Both the position numbers and the translations under genes were made by a program. From contig OY781089.1 of NCBI GenBank assembly GCA_963676565.1, positions 2,048,001 through 2,112,000 of the forward strand: a stretch of 64,000 nt of DNA, read 5' to 3'. Below are positions 45,869-54,508 of this stretch, in pieces. Position 1 is the stretch's first letter; every line of letters starts with the position of its first letter. This DNA is from Halarcobacter sp. (GTDB lineage Bacteria > Campylobacterota > Campylobacteria > Campylobacterales > Arcobacteraceae). Below the pieces are notes generated by a model. The model was not told the origin of the DNA and ran no database searches. It was given only the letters and a program-made list of their open reading frames with translations.

Positions 45869-46592
45869 ATTTTTCCTTTAACAAGTTATTTTTTAAATCT
45901 ATTTCATCATTTGTCAGTTTTTCTTCTTTTAAAGTAACATTAAAAGTAGTTCTAAATGCATCAATAATTTGATTGATTGCATCTTGTGAATTTAATTTTA
46001 TTCCAATATCTTCAAGACTAATACCTAATTTCTCATCAAAACCGTTACTTTTTGTAGCAACTAATGGAATTGAACCATGTTGAAAAATTGCTTTTTTTGT
46101 TCGTCTTTGTGCATTTCCACCAATTTTTTTTCCATTTACAAGGATATCATATGCTTCAAATCCAACTTGACAAAACTCACTTTTAGATAATTGAATCTTT
46201 TCATTGTCTTTTGCGTAGCAAACATCTAGACCTAAATTTTTGTAAAAATTCAGTAGAAATTGACATATATATTCATAAGATTTTTTTATACTTAGTGTTG
46301 ATAAAATATGTGTTGGTATTATTAATGAATATGAAATATCATGTCCATGAAATAAAATTCCACCACCTGTTATTCTTTTAGCAACTTTTTCTTTTTGATT
46401 TTCTAGAAAATCGTAAGATTCGATATTTTGGGAAATTCCAATGGTTGAACTATTTTCATCCCAAGTATATAATCTTATTATTGGCAAATCATCATTCTCA
46501 AAATTTTTTAACAATGATTCATCTGTTGCCATATTCTCTTTTGAAGAACCTTGATTTGATACAATTAATCTAAATGTTTTTTTATTAAACAA
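45843..46592 (-). CDS. Lipoate-protein ligase/octanoyltransferase (LipM-like)
   Basis: NMATDE, RITGGG..FH, FC....YDI, KKIGGNAQRR and QHGSI. Confidence 0.85.
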   Translation of the reverse strand: MFNKKTFRLIVSNQGSSKENMATDESLLKNFENDDLPIIRLYTWDENSSTIGISQNIESYDFLENQKEKVAKRITGGGILFHGHDISYSLIIPTHILSTLSIKKSYEYICQFLLNFYKNLGLDVCYAKDNEKIQLSKSEFCQVGFEAYDILVNGKKIGGNAQRRTKKAIFQHGSIPLVATKSNGFDEKLGISLEDIGIKLNSQDAINQIIDAFRTTFNVTLKEEKLTNDEIDLKNNLLKEKYDTSSKSI

Positions 46593-46812
46593 AATGTATA
46601 ATCTACCTTTAATTAAAATTCAAAAAAAACTAAAACTTTTTTTAGAAAATAGTAAATTTTCATCACCTTTTTTTCATTATAATTTCATTTATATATAAGA
46701 TATCTTAAAAAATAAATTAATATTTTAGATTCAGTTTACATTAAAATAAGATAAGTATCATATGTTCAGAATTCGGATTTATGGTGCGAATTGATACATA
46801 ATTTTTACATAA

Positions 46813-46826
46813 TGAACATATGTTCA
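46813..46826. promoter_or_regulatory. Perfect palindrome TGAACATATGTTCA upstream of aceE (putative operator)
   Basis: 14-bp dyad; partial second copy CATATGTTCA at 46759-46768. Confidence 0.55.
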
Positions 46827-46883
46827 ATCTTTAAAGTAAAAATTATCTTTAAAATTAAGAAAAAATTAAGTAAGGAAGTATGA

Positions 46884-49556
46884 ATGTCAGAAATAAACTT
46901 AAACGACATTGATCCAGAAGAAACACTGGAGTGGATTGATGCCCTAGATGCAGTTTTAGAGAAGGAAGGTCCAAAGAGAGCCCACTACCTTTTAGAACAA
47001 CTAATTGATAAAGCTAGAAGAAGTGGAACATACCTACCGTTCAAAGCTACAACTGCATATTTAAATAGTATTGATGTTGATAATGAACCAAAAATGCCAG
47101 GTGACAGAGATATTGAAAGAAAAATCAGATCTGCAATTAGATGGAATGCTGCTATTATGGTTCAAAGAGGTTCTAAAAAGAACTTAGAGTTAGGTGGTCA
47201 TATTGCATCTTTCCAATCTTCTGCAACTTTATATGATGTAGGGTTTAATCACTTTTTTAGAGCACCCAATGAAAAAGATGGTGGAGATTTAATTTTTTAT
47301 CAAGGACATATTGCTCCAGGTATTTATGCACGAAGTTTTGTTGAAGGAAGAATAACTGAAGCTCAAATGGATAATTTTAGACAAGAAGCTTTAGAAGATG
47401 GATTATCTTCATATCCACATCCAAAACTTATGCCTAATTATTGGCAATTCCCAACTGTTTCTATGGGACTTGGACCAATTCAAGCAATTTATCAAGCAAG
47501 ATTTTTAAAATATTTAACTGATAGAGGAATTAAAGATTGTTCTGAACAAAAAGTATATTGTTATATGGGTGATGGTGAGTGTGACGAACCAGAATCATTA
47601 GGGGCAATTGGACTTGCTGGTAGAGAAGGGTTAGATAACTTAGTATTTGTTATTAACTGTAACCTGCAAAGACTTGATGGACCTGTAAGAGGAAATGGAA
47701 AAATCATTCAAGAGCTTGAAGGTAACTTCAGAGGTAATGGATGGAGAGTTCTTAAAGTTATCTGGGGTAGACACTGGGATGCCTTACTTAAAAAAGACAA
47801 ATCTGGAAAACTTCTTAAACTAATGGAAGAGACTGTTGATGGTGAGTACCAAAACTTTAAGCAAAAAGGTGGAGCTTACACAAGAGAACACTTCTTTAAT
47901 AAATACCCTGAAACTGCTAAATTAGTTGAAAATATGTCTGATGCTGAAATTTTCGCACTAAATAGAGGTGGACACGATCCATTAAAAGTATATGCAGCAT
48001 ACAAAGCAGCAAATGAAACTAAAGATAGACCAACTGTAATTTTAGCAAAAACTGTAAAAGGTTACGGAATGGGTGAAGCTGCTGAAGGTAAAAATATCGC
48101 TCACGGTGTTAAAAAAGTTGATACTGACTCATTAAGAAAATTTAGAGATAGATTTAGAATTCCTGTAACTGATGAAGAACTAGAATCTTATCCATATTAT
48201 ACATTCCCAGAAGATTCTGAAGAATACAAATATATGAAAGCTAGAAGAGAAGAGTTAGGTGGATATTTACCACAAAGAAGACCAAAATTCTCAGAAAAAT
48301 TAGAGATTCCTGAACTTGAAAAATTTAAAGCTGTTTTAGATGGTAGTGGTGATAGAGAAATCTCAACTACTATGGCATTTGTAAGAGTACTTAATGTTTT
48401 AGTTAAAGATAAAAAACTTGGAAAAAGAATTGTTCCAATTGTTCCAGATGAAGCTAGAACATTTGGTATGGAAGGGATGTTTAGACAATTAGGTATCTAT
48501 TCTTCTGAAGGTCAAAAATATATTCCACAAGATAGAGATCAAGTTGCATATTATAAAGAAGATAAAAAAGGTCAAGTGCTTCAAGAAGGTATTAATGAAC
48601 TTGGAGCAATGGGTTCTTGGATTGCAGCAGCAACTTCTTACTCAATAAATGATTGTCCAATGATTCCATTTTATATTTTCTACTCAATGTTTGGATTCCA
48701 AAGAACAGGTGATATTACTTGGGCAGCGGGAGATCAAATGGCAAGAGGTTTCTTAGTAGGTGGTACTTCAGGTAGAACTACACTAAATGGTGAGGGATTA
48801 CAACACGAAGATGGTCATTCACATATTATTGCAAATACAGTTCCAAATTGTGTTACTTATGACCCAACATTTGGATATGAAGTTGCAGTAGTAGTTCAAA
48901 ATGGTATCGAAAGAATGTATGGTGAGAATCAAGAAGATATTTTCTATTACATTACTACATTAAATGAAAACTATCAACAACCAGCTATGCCAGAAGGTGT
49001 AGAAGAGGGTATCTTAAAAGGTATTTATAAATACAAAACTGTTGAAGCTAAAAATGACTTTAAAGTTAAATTATTAGGATCAGGTTCAATCTTCCAACAA
49101 GTACTTAAAGCTTCTGAAGTTTTAGCAGGTGAATATGGAATTGCAACTGAGCTTTATTCTGTTACTTCTTATAATGAATTAACTAGACAAGCACAAGATG
49201 TTGAAAGAAATAATTTATTAAATATAGATGGTGAAGATGAGATTGCATATGTTGATCAAGTTCTAGGGTCAGATGATGAAAATATTATCATCTCTACAAC
49301 AGATTATATGAAATCATACTCAGAACAAATAGCACCATTTGTAAAAGGTTCTTTTAAAGCACTAGGTACTGATGGTTTTGGTAGATCTGATTCAAGAGCA
49401 AATTTGAGAAAATTCTTTGAAGTTGATACTGATTTTATTGTGTTTACAACTTTAGCACAACTTGCTGACGCTGGAAAAATAGAAAAATCAGTGGTTAAAG
49501 ATGCAATGGCTAAATATGGTATTGATGCATCAAAAATTAATCCAGTGAAACTATAA
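46884..49556 (+). CDS. aceE: Pyruvate dehydrogenase E1, homodimeric type
   Basis: GGHIAS, SSYPHP, GDGECDEPES and TTLNGEGLQHEDG. Confidence 0.97.
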   Translation: MSEINLNDIDPEETLEWIDALDAVLEKEGPKRAHYLLEQLIDKARRSGTYLPFKATTAYLNSIDVDNEPKMPGDRDIERKIRSAIRWNAAIMVQRGSKKNLELGGHIASFQSSATLYDVGFNHFFRAPNEKDGGDLIFYQGHIAPGIYARSFVEGRITEAQMDNFRQEALEDGLSSYPHPKLMPNYWQFPTVSMGLGPIQAIYQARFLKYLTDRGIKDCSEQKVYCYMGDGECDEPESLGAIGLAGREGLDNLVFVINCNLQRLDGPVRGNGKIIQELEGNFRGNGWRVLKVIWGRHWDALLKKDKSGKLLKLMEETVDGEYQNFKQKGGAYTREHFFNKYPETAKLVENMSDAEIFALNRGGHDPLKVYAAYKAANETKDRPTVILAKTVKGYGMGEAAEGKNIAHGVKKVDTDSLRKFRDRFRIPVTDEELESYPYYTFPEDSEEYKYMKARREELGGYLPQRRPKFSEKLEIPELEKFKAVLDGSGDREISTTMAFVRVLNVLVKDKKLGKRIVPIVPDEARTFGMEGMFRQLGIYSSEGQKYIPQDRDQVAYYKEDKKGQVLQEGINELGAMGSWIAAATSYSINDCPMIPFYIFYSMFGFQRTGDITWAAGDQMARGFLVGGTSGRTTLNGEGLQHEDGHSHIIANTVPNCVTYDPTFGYEVAVVVQNGIERMYGENQEDIFYYITTLNENYQQPAMPEGVEEGILKGIYKYKTVEAKNDFKVKLLGSGSIFQQVLKASEVLAGEYGIATELYSVTSYNELTRQAQDVERNNLLNIDGEDEIAYVDQVLGSDDENIIISTTDYMKSYSEQIAPFVKGSFKALGTDGFGRSDSRANLRKFFEVDTDFIVFTTLAQLADAGKIEKSVVKDAMAKYGIDASKINPVKL

Positions 49557-49566
49557 GGAGTAAAAA

Positions 49567-51300
49567 ATGGGTAAACTAGTAGATATTTTTATTCCTGATT
49601 TAGGCGCAGACAAAGATGTAGACTTAATTGAAGTTATGGTTGAAGTTGGAGATAGTGTTGAAGAAGAAGATGGACTTATAACACTTGAAACAGAAAAAGC
49701 ATCAATGGATGTACCAACAACACATAGTGGAATTGTAAAAGAGATTTTAGTAAAAGTTGGAGATAAGATGAACTCTGGCGATTTAATTGCTAGAGTTGAA
49801 GTTGAAGAGGAGGGTGCTTCTGAAGCTCCTGCTGCTCCTCTTACTGAAACAAAAGAGGAGACTCCTGTAGCAGAAACTAAAAAGGAACCAGCTTATGAAG
49901 ATGGTTCTGGTTCTGTAATGGGAATTGAAGAAGCTGAAGCTGAATTAAAAGCAATTTCTGCAAGTGGTGCAGAGATTTCTTGCCAATTTGTAAATGAGCA
50001 AACTATTTGTTCAGTTATTGAAGAGGTTCATGTTCCAGATTTAGGCGCTGATAAAGATGTAGATTTAATTGATGTTATGGTTTCAGTTGGAGATACTGTT
50101 GAGTTTGAAGATGGTTTAATTACACTTGAAACAGAAAAAGCATCTATGGATGTACCAGCTCCATTTGCAGGTGAAATTTTAGAATTATTTGTTGAACCAG
50201 GAATGAAAGCAAATTCTGGTGATTTAATTGCAAAAATGGTTAAAACAGTAGTTATGGAATCAAAAGTTCCAACACCAGCTAAAAAACAAGAAGAGCCTAA
50301 AAAAGAAGAACCTAAAAAATCAGCTACTGTTCAAGAAGTAGCAGCTACTTCTGCTCCTGTTGCAAATGCAGTATTAACTGAAAAAGCTTCAAAAGTTTAT
50401 GCTTCTCCTTCAGTTAGAAAAGTCGCAAGAGAGTTTGGAGTTGACTTAGGTTTTGTTAAAGGATCTGGTAGAAAAGGAAGAATTCTTAAAGATGATATTA
50501 AAGCTTATGTAAAAGAACAATTATCTAAACCAGCTGTTGCGGCTGCTGGAACTGGAACTGGTCTTGGATTTAACTTCCCTGAGCTTAAAGAGATTGACTT
50601 TAGCCAATTTGGTGAAACTGAAACTGTTGAGTTAAACAGAATTCAAAAAATCTCTGGACCATCTTTACATAGAAATGCTGTATCAATGCCACATGTTACA
50701 CAATTTGATGAGGCAGACATTACAGAGATGGAAAGCTTTAGAAAAGCACAAAATGCAGTTGCTGAAGGGTATAAATTATCACCATTAGTATTTGTATTAA
50801 AAGCTGTTGCAAAAGCATTAGAGATTCATCCTAAATTTAATACATCATTAACTCCTGATGGACAAAGTTTAGTTTATAAAAAATATTTCCATATTGCTGT
50901 TGCAGTTGATACTCCTAACGGATTAGTTGTTCCAGTAATTAAAGATGTTGATAAAAAAGGTTTCAAACAAATAGCTGAAGAGTTAAAAGAGATTTCAGCA
51001 AAAGCTAGAGATGGAAAACTTAAATCAACTGATATGCAAGGTGCTTGTTTTACTATTTCATCATTAGGTGGAATTGGTGGAACTAAATTTACTCCAATCA
51101 TCAATGCTCCTGAAGTTGCAATTTTAGGATTATCAAAATCTGAAATGAAACCTGTATGGAATGGTGAAGAGTTTGTTCCAAAATTAATGTTACCATTATC
51201 TTTATCTTATGACCACAAGGTTATAGATGGTGCAGATGGTGCGAGATTTACTACAACTTTATCTAAGCTTTTAAGCGATATTAGATTATTAAGTCTATAA
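49567..51300 (+). CDS. aceF: Dihydrolipoamide acetyltransferase (E2) with two lipoyl domains
   Basis: Two ETEKASM lipoyl motifs, ASPSVR E3-binding domain, DHKVIDG active site. Confidence 0.96.
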   Translation: MGKLVDIFIPDLGADKDVDLIEVMVEVGDSVEEEDGLITLETEKASMDVPTTHSGIVKEILVKVGDKMNSGDLIARVEVEEEGASEAPAAPLTETKEETPVAETKKEPAYEDGSGSVMGIEEAEAELKAISASGAEISCQFVNEQTICSVIEEVHVPDLGADKDVDLIDVMVSVGDTVEFEDGLITLETEKASMDVPAPFAGEILELFVEPGMKANSGDLIAKMVKTVVMESKVPTPAKKQEEPKKEEPKKSATVQEVAATSAPVANAVLTEKASKVYASPSVRKVAREFGVDLGFVKGSGRKGRILKDDIKAYVKEQLSKPAVAAAGTGTGLGFNFPELKEIDFSQFGETETVELNRIQKISGPSLHRNAVSMPHVTQFDEADITEMESFRKAQNAVAEGYKLSPLVFVLKAVAKALEIHPKFNTSLTPDGQSLVYKKYFHIAVAVDTPNGLVVPVIKDVDKKGFKQIAEELKEISAKARDGKLKSTDMQGACFTISSLGGIGGTKFTPIINAPEVAILGLSKSEMKPVWNGEEFVPKLMLPLSLSYDHKVIDGADGARFTTTLSKLLSDIRLLSL

Positions 51301-51597
51301 GGAATAAACATGGGTAAAATTATAGATATACTTATTCCTGATTTAGGTGCAGACAAAGATGTAGATTTAATTGAAGTTATGGTTGAAGTTGGAGATAGTG
51401 TTGAAGAAGAAGATGGACTTATAACACTTGAAACAGAAAAAGCATCAATGGATGTACCAACAACACATAGTGGAATTGTAAAAGAGATTTTAGTAAAAGT
51501 TGGAGATAAGATGAACTCTGGCGATTTAATTGCTAGAGTTGAAGTTGAAGAGGAGGGTGCTTCTGAAGCTCCTGCTGCTCCTCTTACTGAAACAAAA
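49624..51597 (+). repeat. 231-bp identical direct repeat (49624-49854 and 51367-51597)
   Basis: Base-by-base identity across the lipoyl domain and linker of aceF and lpdA. Confidence 0.9.
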
Positions 51598-53085
51598 ACA
51601 GAAACTTCAACAGCAAAACCACAAGCAACAGAAGTATCAGTATCTTCTGATGCAAGTGAAATAAAAGGTGAAGTTCTAGTTATCGGTGCAGGACCTGGTG
51701 GATATTCGGCTGCATTTAGATGTGCTGACTTAGGTTTAAAAACTGTTTTAGTTGAAAGACACCCAACTTTAGGTGGAGTTTGTTTAAATGTTGGTTGTAT
51801 TCCTTCTAAAGCTTTACTTCATGTTGCAAAAGTTATTGAAGAAGCAGAGCATATTGAACATGCTGGAATTAAATTTCCTAAACCAGAAATTGATTTACCT
51901 AGTGTTGCTGCATATAAATCAGGAGTTGTAAAAAGACTTACTGATGGTTTAACAGCAATGGCTAAAATGAGAAATGTAACAGTTGTTCAAGGAAATGCGA
52001 AATTTATCGATGAGAACAATGTTATTGTTGAACATACTGATGTTGAGGGTAAACAAACTAAAGTTAGTTTTGATAATTGTATTATTGCAGCAGGTTCTCA
52101 AAGTTCTAAAATGTCATTTATCCCACATGAAGATCCAAGAATTTGGGATTCTACAAATGCTTTAGAAGTAAAAGAAGTACCAAAAAGACTACTTGTAATG
52201 GGTGGTGGAATTATTGGTCTTGAAATGGGAACTGTTTATGAAAAATTAGGTTCTAAAGTTGATGTTGTAGTAAGAGGTCCTCAAGTTATGACAGGAACTG
52301 ATAAAGATATTGTTAAAATCTATACTAAAGCAAATGAAAAGAGATTTAACTTTATGTTTAAAACCCAAACACAAGCAATCATTCCTAAAAAGGATGGAAT
52401 CTATGTTGAGTTTAAAGGTGAAAATGCTCCTGAACCTCAAATGTATGATGCAGTACTTGTAGCAATGGGTAGAACTCCAAATGGATTAAAAATTGGTCTT
52501 GAAAATACTGGTGTTGAAGTTGATGACCATGGATTTATTTCAGTTGATAAACAAATGAGAACAAAGGTATCTAATATCTTTGCAATTGGAGATATTATTG
52601 GTGGTCCTATGCTTGCACATAAAGCTGTTCATGAAGGTCATGTTGCTGCTGAAGTTATTGCTGGACACAAAGTATTCTTTGAACCTAAACAAATTCCAGG
52701 AATTGCATATACTTTCCCTGAAATTGCAACTGCAGGTTTAAGTGAAATTGAAGCAAAAGAGCAAGGGATTAATTATGAAGTTGCTACTTTCCCTTGGAGT
52801 GCTTCAGGACGTGCGATAGCTTCTGATGTTTCACACGCTGGTATGACAAAGCTAATTTTTGATAAAGACACAGACCAAATTATTGGTGGAGCTATTGTTG
52901 GAGATAATGCTGGTGAATTACTTGGTGAAATCTCACTTGCCCTTGAAATGGATTGTGATGCAGAAGATATAGGTCTTACAATTCATGCTCATCCAACATT
53001 ACATGAATCTGTTGGAATGGCAGCGGAAATTTTCCATGGTAGTATTACAGACTTGCCAAATGCAAAAGCTGTAAAAAAGAAATAA
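51310..53085 (+). CDS. lpdA: Dihydrolipoamide dehydrogenase (E3) with an N-terminal lipoyl domain
   Basis: GAGPGGY, GGVCLNVGCIPSK and HAHPTLHE. Confidence 0.96.
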   Translation: MGKIIDILIPDLGADKDVDLIEVMVEVGDSVEEEDGLITLETEKASMDVPTTHSGIVKEILVKVGDKMNSGDLIARVEVEEEGASEAPAAPLTETKTETSTAKPQATEVSVSSDASEIKGEVLVIGAGPGGYSAAFRCADLGLKTVLVERHPTLGGVCLNVGCIPSKALLHVAKVIEEAEHIEHAGIKFPKPEIDLPSVAAYKSGVVKRLTDGLTAMAKMRNVTVVQGNAKFIDENNVIVEHTDVEGKQTKVSFDNCIIAAGSQSSKMSFIPHEDPRIWDSTNALEVKEVPKRLLVMGGGIIGLEMGTVYEKLGSKVDVVVRGPQVMTGTDKDIVKIYTKANEKRFNFMFKTQTQAIIPKKDGIYVEFKGENAPEPQMYDAVLVAMGRTPNGLKIGLENTGVEVDDHGFISVDKQMRTKVSNIFAIGDIIGGPMLAHKAVHEGHVAAEVIAGHKVFFEPKQIPGIAYTFPEIATAGLSEIEAKEQGINYEVATFPWSASGRAIASDVSHAGMTKLIFDKDTDQIIGGAIVGDNAGELLGEISLALEMDCDAEDIGLTIHAHPTLHESVGMAAEIFHGSITDLPNAKAVKKK

Positions 53086-53097
53086 ATTAATTATATA

Positions 53098-53121
53098 CCA
53101 CAAAGAGATTTCTCTTTGTGG
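53098..53121 (+). terminator. Hairpin after lpdA
   Basis: CCACAAAGAGA-TT-TCTCTTTGTGG. Confidence 0.7.
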
Positions 53122-53140
53122 CAAATATTGGGATTAGAGA

Positions 53141-53530
53141 ATGCCTTTATTTACTAATAGATATCAAAAGACTTCATTTGTATATTCATTTATGTTGTCT
53201 TTATTGTATATTCCATTTTTGTTAAGTTTATTAGATATGAATCTTTTTATAAAAAATGAATTTTGGAATGTTTTTGTTTTTGTTACCTTTACTGTAGTTT
53301 TTATAACTACAATAAACTATAAGATAATGCTTTGTATGAAAAAAAGAGGTGTAAGATTTAACAATAGAGTTATATTTATACCTATTAATTTAATACTAAT
53401 GTATATAGTTTCCCTAGCTGTACCTTTTGAATATTCAAAAGATATTTTTTGTTTAACTTTATTATTAATATTAATACCATGGTTAATCTTTTTTAGAAGA
53501 GTTTACAGACTACATCAACTGACTTTATAG
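53141..53530 (+). CDS. Hypothetical membrane protein (about 4 TM)
   Basis: Hydrophobic segments; fills the intergenic space. Confidence 0.6.
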   Translation: MPLFTNRYQKTSFVYSFMLSLLYIPFLLSLLDMNLFIKNEFWNVFVFVTFTVVFITTINYKIMLCMKKRGVRFNNRVIFIPINLILMYIVSLAVPFEYSKDIFCLTLLLILIPWLIFFRRVYRLHQLTL

Positions 53531-53531
53531 A

Positions 53532-54506
53532 TTATTCAATTAAGAAAGTCTGGTTTTTACCGTTTCTTTTTGCTTGATATAATGCATAATCAGCTTTTTG
53601 GATTATAGTTGATAGGGTATCATTATGTTTGCAAGTTGTTATACCAAAACTTGATGTTAAATGTAAATCTCTACAAAAAGTATGTTCTTCAATAATATTT
53701 TTAAGTTTGTTTGCAATTTCAGCAGTTTTTTCCAAAGAATTTTCACTAATTATAATAAACTCTTCACCTCCCCATCTTCCAAAAATATCTCCTGTTCTAA
53801 TATTATATTTTATAATCTCACTAAATTCTACTAATACTTTATCTCCTTTTACGTGACCATAAGTATCATTAATTTTTTTAAAATCGTCAATATCAATAAA
53901 AACAATGCTTAATTTATTTTGAGGGTTTTTATTAAACTCTTCAATTTTTTCAAGCAAGAAACTATCAATATATCTTCTATTATATACTGAGGTTAATTTA
54001 TCTGTAATTGCTAATTGATTTAAGATAACATTATTGTTTCTGATTGATTTAACTTCTGACTTTAATTGCTTAAAAGATTTTCTACTTTTAAGTTTTTCCG
54101 AAATAGAAGTAATGGTTGATAATAAATCTCTATAATCTACTGGTTTTTGTAAAAATTTGTAAATACCTATATCAATAAGTTTCATTAATTTTTCTGACTC
54201 TGTATGTGCAGAAATTACTAAAATAGTTTGTTCTTCATTTATTTTTGAAATCTCTTTACATAAGCTAATTCCATCAAACCTAGGCATACTTAAATCGGTA
54301 ATTATCAAATCATAATAAGTTCCATTAGAACTATAATATTCTTTAAATCTTTTTAGACCTTCTTCTCCATCAACTTCAACATCTATATCTGAAAAAAAGT
54401 TTTCTAGAAGTTTCATAAGCTGGATTCTTACATCAAAATTGTCCTCAATAAACAGGACACTTAAAGTTTGTGTATGTTCTAATAGTTCTTTTAAGTTAGC
54501 TGACAT
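53532..54506 (-). CDS. REC-GGDEF diguanylate cyclase response regulator
   Basis: DLIITDLSMP receiver; DIDDFK..NDTYGH..GD, RTGD I-site and GGEEF. Confidence 0.93.
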   Translation of the reverse strand: MSANLKELLEHTQTLSVLFIEDNFDVRIQLMKLLENFFSDIDVEVDGEEGLKRFKEYYSSNGTYYDLIITDLSMPRFDGISLCKEISKINEEQTILVISAHTESEKLMKLIDIGIYKFLQKPVDYRDLLSTITSISEKLKSRKSFKQLKSEVKSIRNNNVILNQLAITDKLTSVYNRRYIDSFLLEKIEEFNKNPQNKLSIVFIDIDDFKKINDTYGHVKGDKVLVEFSEIIKYNIRTGDIFGRWGGEEFIIISENSLEKTAEIANKLKNIIEEHTFCRDLHLTSSFGITTCKHNDTLSTIIQKADYALYQAKRNGKNQTFLIE

Positions 54507-54508
54507 AT

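Noticed and set aside
46814..46825. GAAC-N4-GTTC match to the Gram-positive LexA box
   Set aside because: Wrong lineage and no SOS gene adjacent; kept only as an unassigned operator
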